DNA of 50,037 nt from Craspedostauros australis. Taxonomy: Eukaryota. The notes under the pieces are model-generated. The model saw only the letters and a program-made list of their open reading frames with translations, ran no database searches and was not told the DNA's origin. Location of the stretch: the NCBI GenBank assembly GCA_030167865.1, contig JALAGF010003466.1, positions 1 through 50,037 of the forward strand, given 5' to 3'. Position numbers and translations under genes: made by a program. Of this stretch, positions 45,262 to 50,037 are shown piece by piece. Each line of letters begins with the position of its first letter. The first letter of the stretch is position 1.

Positions 45262-48200
45262 CGTTGCAGGTTCTGCTGGCAGTGCCTGCGCTTCCTTGTT
45301 TCCTCGCTTCCTTACGTTCGTACTGTATTAGTGGTGCGTACAATATGTCGCAGCTGCTTTAAAGTATCGCAATCTCTCTTTCTCGTTTTATGCGAAGGTG
45401 GCTGGATCTCCTGGATTGCCACTATGCTGGTTCGTAGGGAGAGGACGAGTAGATTGTTCTGTCCTTGCGTTGTGATTGTGTTGTGATTGTATTCGTTGTG
45501 TCTGTGTCTGGTGGATTGTGATTGCGAGTGTGATTGTGAGTGTGATTGTGAGTGTGGTGAATGGTAGTGCAGTATGTGGTAGTGTTGTTGAGGATGTGGC
45601 ATCCGGTAGCAAGGGGAACTGTACTTGAAGTGCTGATGGTTGCCTTCACAATGCTTCGCGGCGACTCCAGACAAACAAACAAGTTTGTGATGTGATGGTT
45701 GGAGGTCGATGGTGTGAATGGCGATGCGTGATGAACGGTGCTCAAGTCATGACAACCTTGCTTGTGTTGCTGTGCCGTACCGTGTGCTGGTGCCTTCCTC
45801 TCGTGATGTTACCCCCTGTGCTGATGCTGCTTGGGCTTTTGCGGACCACCGAAACGTGCAGCAAATACTGTTGGAGCACATGAGTCGCGTTGCCCTTGTT
45901 GTCTGCGCCCTCTGCCCTGTGATGGAGTTTGGCCCAAAGTTGCACGATTGTGTGTATGGTACTGCTATCTGTCTCAGTCTGTTTACCTGTTTGTTTGCAC
46001 ATCTTTGCTTTTCCACGCGTTTGCATGTGTGTGTTCAGCTCTGCCACACTTCGTCTGTTTTGCGTATCTAGCGATTTGTGCAGTTTTCCGCGTTGCCGCC
46101 AAGCTTCGTGTCATGTTCCCACTGTTTAAGCCGCAGGTATCAACTCCGTTCCCGAGCGCGGCTCGGCCGGCTCGTTCCAACGAATCTGTGCCAAAACACG
46201 CACTGTCCTGCCAGCCATCAGACAAATTGTGCCATTCGCTGGTGTTTTTTCGCGCCAGCAGCCTCAACATCCATAAGCCTTCTGCGGAACAACACACCAC
46301 TGGGGCGATCACAAATTGAACCGTTCACCACACGCGTTGCAGAACGGGTATCACATTCGCAACAGCGACGGTTGGCTGGCACCACCAAAAGTACGCATCA
46401 CTCCCAAGGACATCAATGCCACTCACAATCACAGTCACAGCGGCAGTCACGGAAACATCTTCGCCAGCATTCAATCACACGTAAAAAAGAGCAGAACGCA
46501 ACGGAAGCCTTGGCAAACCAGCATCAAAAAGCGTACTCTCAGGCAGAGCCCGTTGGTTATGCCCAACATGAGAAGGGAATCCGCACACCGGACCCACGCT
46601 CTTGCGACCTGCTTCAACAAATAAGAGTGGACAAGCGCATCCATCACATTGTGGGTACAAACGGCGGTGATATTTTGTCGTTCCATCCCAGACTCGTGAT
46701 TGATTTGTTCACTGCTACCGTTTGCAAATAGTATCGTTGTTTTTGTTTTTATCGTCACCACAAGTCACCACCACACGGCTCCCTCGCGACGATCCCGTTT
46801 TTTCATCGGTCAAGTTGAATGTCGCCGAAAATGTCAACACGGACAAGAACGAGACAAAATACGGCAAGGCAACGGGCGTTGATGAGCAGAATCCAACCAC
46901 AACCACGATTCACGATCCTTGCATCGCAATAACATCGCCAACCCACCGTGCCATAGGTATTGCGTTGCTTCAACCGCAAGGATTCTTCGTCGTTGATTGA
47001 TTGATGGGCTGATGGATCATTGATGATGTATGTCAGGAGGTTCCCGGAGGGTGGTTGGGTTGCCTTGCTGCTCGTAGGCTAATTGCATTGCCTGTGTGGC
47101 AGTGAATCGGCCAGGCAGCGGACGTGCTACTTTGTCATTGGTGGTTGCCGTCAACCAACATGTGGCCCTCGTCGGAGGGGACAATTAGCACCAACACTTC
47201 TTGGGCTCCCTGTTTGGTTGCTTTGTGATGTGTCGGATCACACTCTGTGAACGTGTCAACTCTCTGTGAAGAGGCAGCATAGTTGCGGAACAGTGAACGG
47301 GGCAGCGCACGAATGATGGCAACGATTGCAACTGCCACAATGGCGAGGGTGAGAGTGAGGGAACCGCTCAGGGCGAAGTGGGCGCTGCGATGAATCCAGA
47401 TGCGGTGAGGAACTGAATCCTTGACATTTTTGGCGCTACTTTTTACTGTCATTCAGTAGCATGCAAGGTGAACATCACCATCTTTGTCCTGATGGACCGG
47501 CGAAGAAGCATCTGCTATTGAGCACATCTTCGGCTGTTGTTGACGGAGTGGACGGGCTTCTGTTGTCTCTCTCTGCTTCGCTTGCGGCAATGGCATTGCT
47601 GACGCACTGCCCCGCCCATCATCTCACATCGCTTGCCTTGCCTAGCATTGCATTGCGCTACGCCACGCGAATAGCCCGTGGGGAGCAGAGTGCTGAAAGG
47701 CTCCAATTCGCTTCGCGCTCTCCCGTTTCCACCTCCATCAAGAACTGTTGCTTGGTTGGAGCGAGTCGAACCCTTCGTTCGCAGTCGTGGGACGAAGCGC
47801 CGTCATGGGTGCGAAACAAGACCAAACCGAAGGACGATGGCTGAGTGTTGCGGGCTGCTCGAGCACCATGAGGTGTGCTCTGCTGCTCAGATGGTGATTC
47901 GGAACGAAGGTGGTTTTCACAACAGGGAACGCAACCAAATGAGCGACAGGCCTGTCCGCCCCCGTAGGTTTATACCAGCACGAGAGGATTGCAGCCCAGA
48001 GGTGAGGTTGACAAGGCAGGTGATGCATCAGAGAGGTTGATGCCGTTGGGTATGCGCTTCATTGTGAATGGATGAGCGAACAGCATTGCCACACAAACTC
48101 GTCCCCTCTGCAATGACGCACCCATGGGTACATACATACCCGTACATGTGTGCTGGTGGATTGTCGAATGGAATGCAGTTGACTCTTGCTAAAACTGGTG

Positions 48201-49622
48201 GGCCGACGCCGAAGCGCGGTTCCCACAACGACGCTCAGGGCACAGCGGTGGTGAACTGTGATGAGCATTGGCGCGGAGTCGACGGGCGATTGGCCCTGGG
48301 CGATCTTCGCCAGGGAGAGGGCGTCATGGAAAGGACGCATAGCCTTTGTGGCGCCGGCATTCGATTCAACCACTACCACAATCACGGCCACAGGTGCAAT
48401 CAAAGCCGCAGTTACAGTACTAGTTGCAATCAGGGATCAGAGCGCCACCATGCAAGAAGTACCCCAGGTTGATGTGGCCAAAGGAGAACGAAACGCCCAA
48501 GAACCGCCCTCACTTTTGATCTTGCCTACGGGCACAAGAGCAAGCCAGGCGGAGAACAGCATCGTGAATACGATGTGTTGTATCGCATCGCAGTCGCGCG
48601 AATGCTCCAGAGCATGGCAGAATCGCGAGCTTGCAACTTTCACCGGCCATACCCACGGCCACGCCCGCTTTCCGCCATTTATGCATCGCTATCGCACAGG
48701 GGATGTGATGCCGCACCAAAAACAGGAGGAAGAGGAAGAACGCTGTGCATCTCCGCGCGTCCGTGCCCGTGTGTGGGGGAGCGAGCGAGAGGGTGTGGAA
48801 GTGGCGCACAAAGGTAGACGCAGCGGCATGATTTGATTGTTGTTTTGGTTTGGGCCCAAATTGTGAGGATGCTGTCTGTTCGTGATAAGGTATATCAACA
48901 CATGACTGGAACTCGTGATTGACTGATTCTCCTCCTTGCTCGCAGGCTATCACACCAAACATAGATTAGACAAGATCAGAGTGTCCTTCGTGCACCATTA
49001 CGATCTAGTAGCCCATCTTGACAGATGTGGGAAAGCCCCCGGCTGAGGTGAAGCAAAAGAATGTGTGCACAAGATCCACTGCGTACGTATGATGGCTCCG
49101 GCGGATTAGGCAACGTCTCCAATCGGTTGGTGGGTGGGGATCAATCGTCCATCGATCCTGAGAACAAAATGTCGGGACGAACTTTTCGATGAGAGGTGTC
49201 GGTTCTCCTGCGACAAAAGGAGCTCGAATCAGAATGATGTGAAAGCACGAAACCGCCACCTTGTGATGGGTATCACCGTTTCTTCACGAGGGGACTTTGG
49301 CATCTTATTTGTGCCCGTTAGTCGGACAGCGTGCATGTGGGCGACGTTGGGATGTGATGGATCGTGGTAGAACTCATGGAAGTTCTCGATGCGGTGAGCA
49401 TCGGGCGGTGTTTCTCTGGTGTGATCCGTTGCGTCGACTCCAACCAGTCCCTGGCTCCTGTCTCCATCGTCTTTCCTCGAAAGATATCAAAGAGCGCTCA
49501 CGCGACAGGCGCGAGAGCACATTCGCGACCATTTGCGTATAAGACCCGCCTGAGCGAAAATAGTACACCTTTCTCGGGAAGTCCTCTCAGATTTCCCTAT
49601 AAATTTAATATGATGTTCCTCT

Positions 49623-49709
49623 NNNNNNNNNNNNNNNNNNNNNNNNNNNNNNNNNNNNNNNNNNNNNNNNNNNNNNNNNNNNNNNNNNNNNNNNNNNNNN
49701 NNNNNNNNN
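49623..49709. other. Assembly gap (87 N)
   Basis: Run of N. Confidence 1.
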
Positions 49710-50037
49710 CAGTAGCCCGTGCTTTAGGTTTTTAGCTTTCGATCGGACATGGATGCGACTCGTCATTGTCTTCAAGTTGGACGTCGGCGAGCGGCGAAAA
49801 TGTCCTTTTTTCCTCTCTGAGACGGACTCACAGCAAGGCACTCGAAGCTGAACTCAGACGTGTCTACAGTCGTGCGAACGGATCAACATTTCGGCTGTTT
49901 TTGGCCCCAATTGATTGCACGCAGTTTCTCGCAGTGGACTTGGAACAGGTGTGGAGGAGAAAAACTGCATCAGAATGCGATGGTACGTACGTGCACTGCG
50001 CTGTACGTACGACATTAGGATGGGATGAAGGTGCAGA

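Noticed and set aside
48059-48643. Two in-frame minus-strand ORFs separated by TGA (selenoprotein or pseudogene?)
   Set aside because: No redox motif around the TGA, no SECIS seen and no recognisable family.
45300-50037. Gene-poor end of the window and gap flanks as a transposon
   Set aside because: No terminal repeats, target-site duplication or transposase/RT motifs detected by eye.

Overview
Eukaryotic nuclear DNA, most likely from a diatom. Evidence: GT-AG introns, a bipartite plastid presequence with the ASAFAP cleavage motif on glutamine synthetase, and gene types typical of diatoms (HA-domain protein, type II membrane LRR protein). I support about 19 protein-coding genes. Recognisable families: gamma-glutamyl hydrolase, HA-domain protein, NMD3, plastid GS II, Bax-inhibitor/Lifeguard protein, AP-3 sigma, plastid J-protein, LRR membrane protein, alpha/beta hydrolase, TMTC-like mannosyltransferase, ABCG transporter, TLC protein, CPBP protease and RI-type LRR protein. 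Six gene models were spliced by hand from phase-matched GT/AG sites and are not visible as single ORFs. The most unusual object is a ~931-aa protein with an N-myristoylation-type start, 14 tandem 54-aa 'DYMHPE...RNYF' repeats arranged as a 483-bp three-unit super-repeat, and a His-rich tail. Also notable: a 16-copy Cys-x5-Cys solenoid-like protein, a hidden 65-aa two-exon microprotein, and a TMBIM channel with His in place of one conserved gating Asp. I found no RNA genes, CRISPR arrays or recognisable transposons. There is an assembly gap at 49623-49709. All family calls come from motif recognition by eye; no database searches were run.
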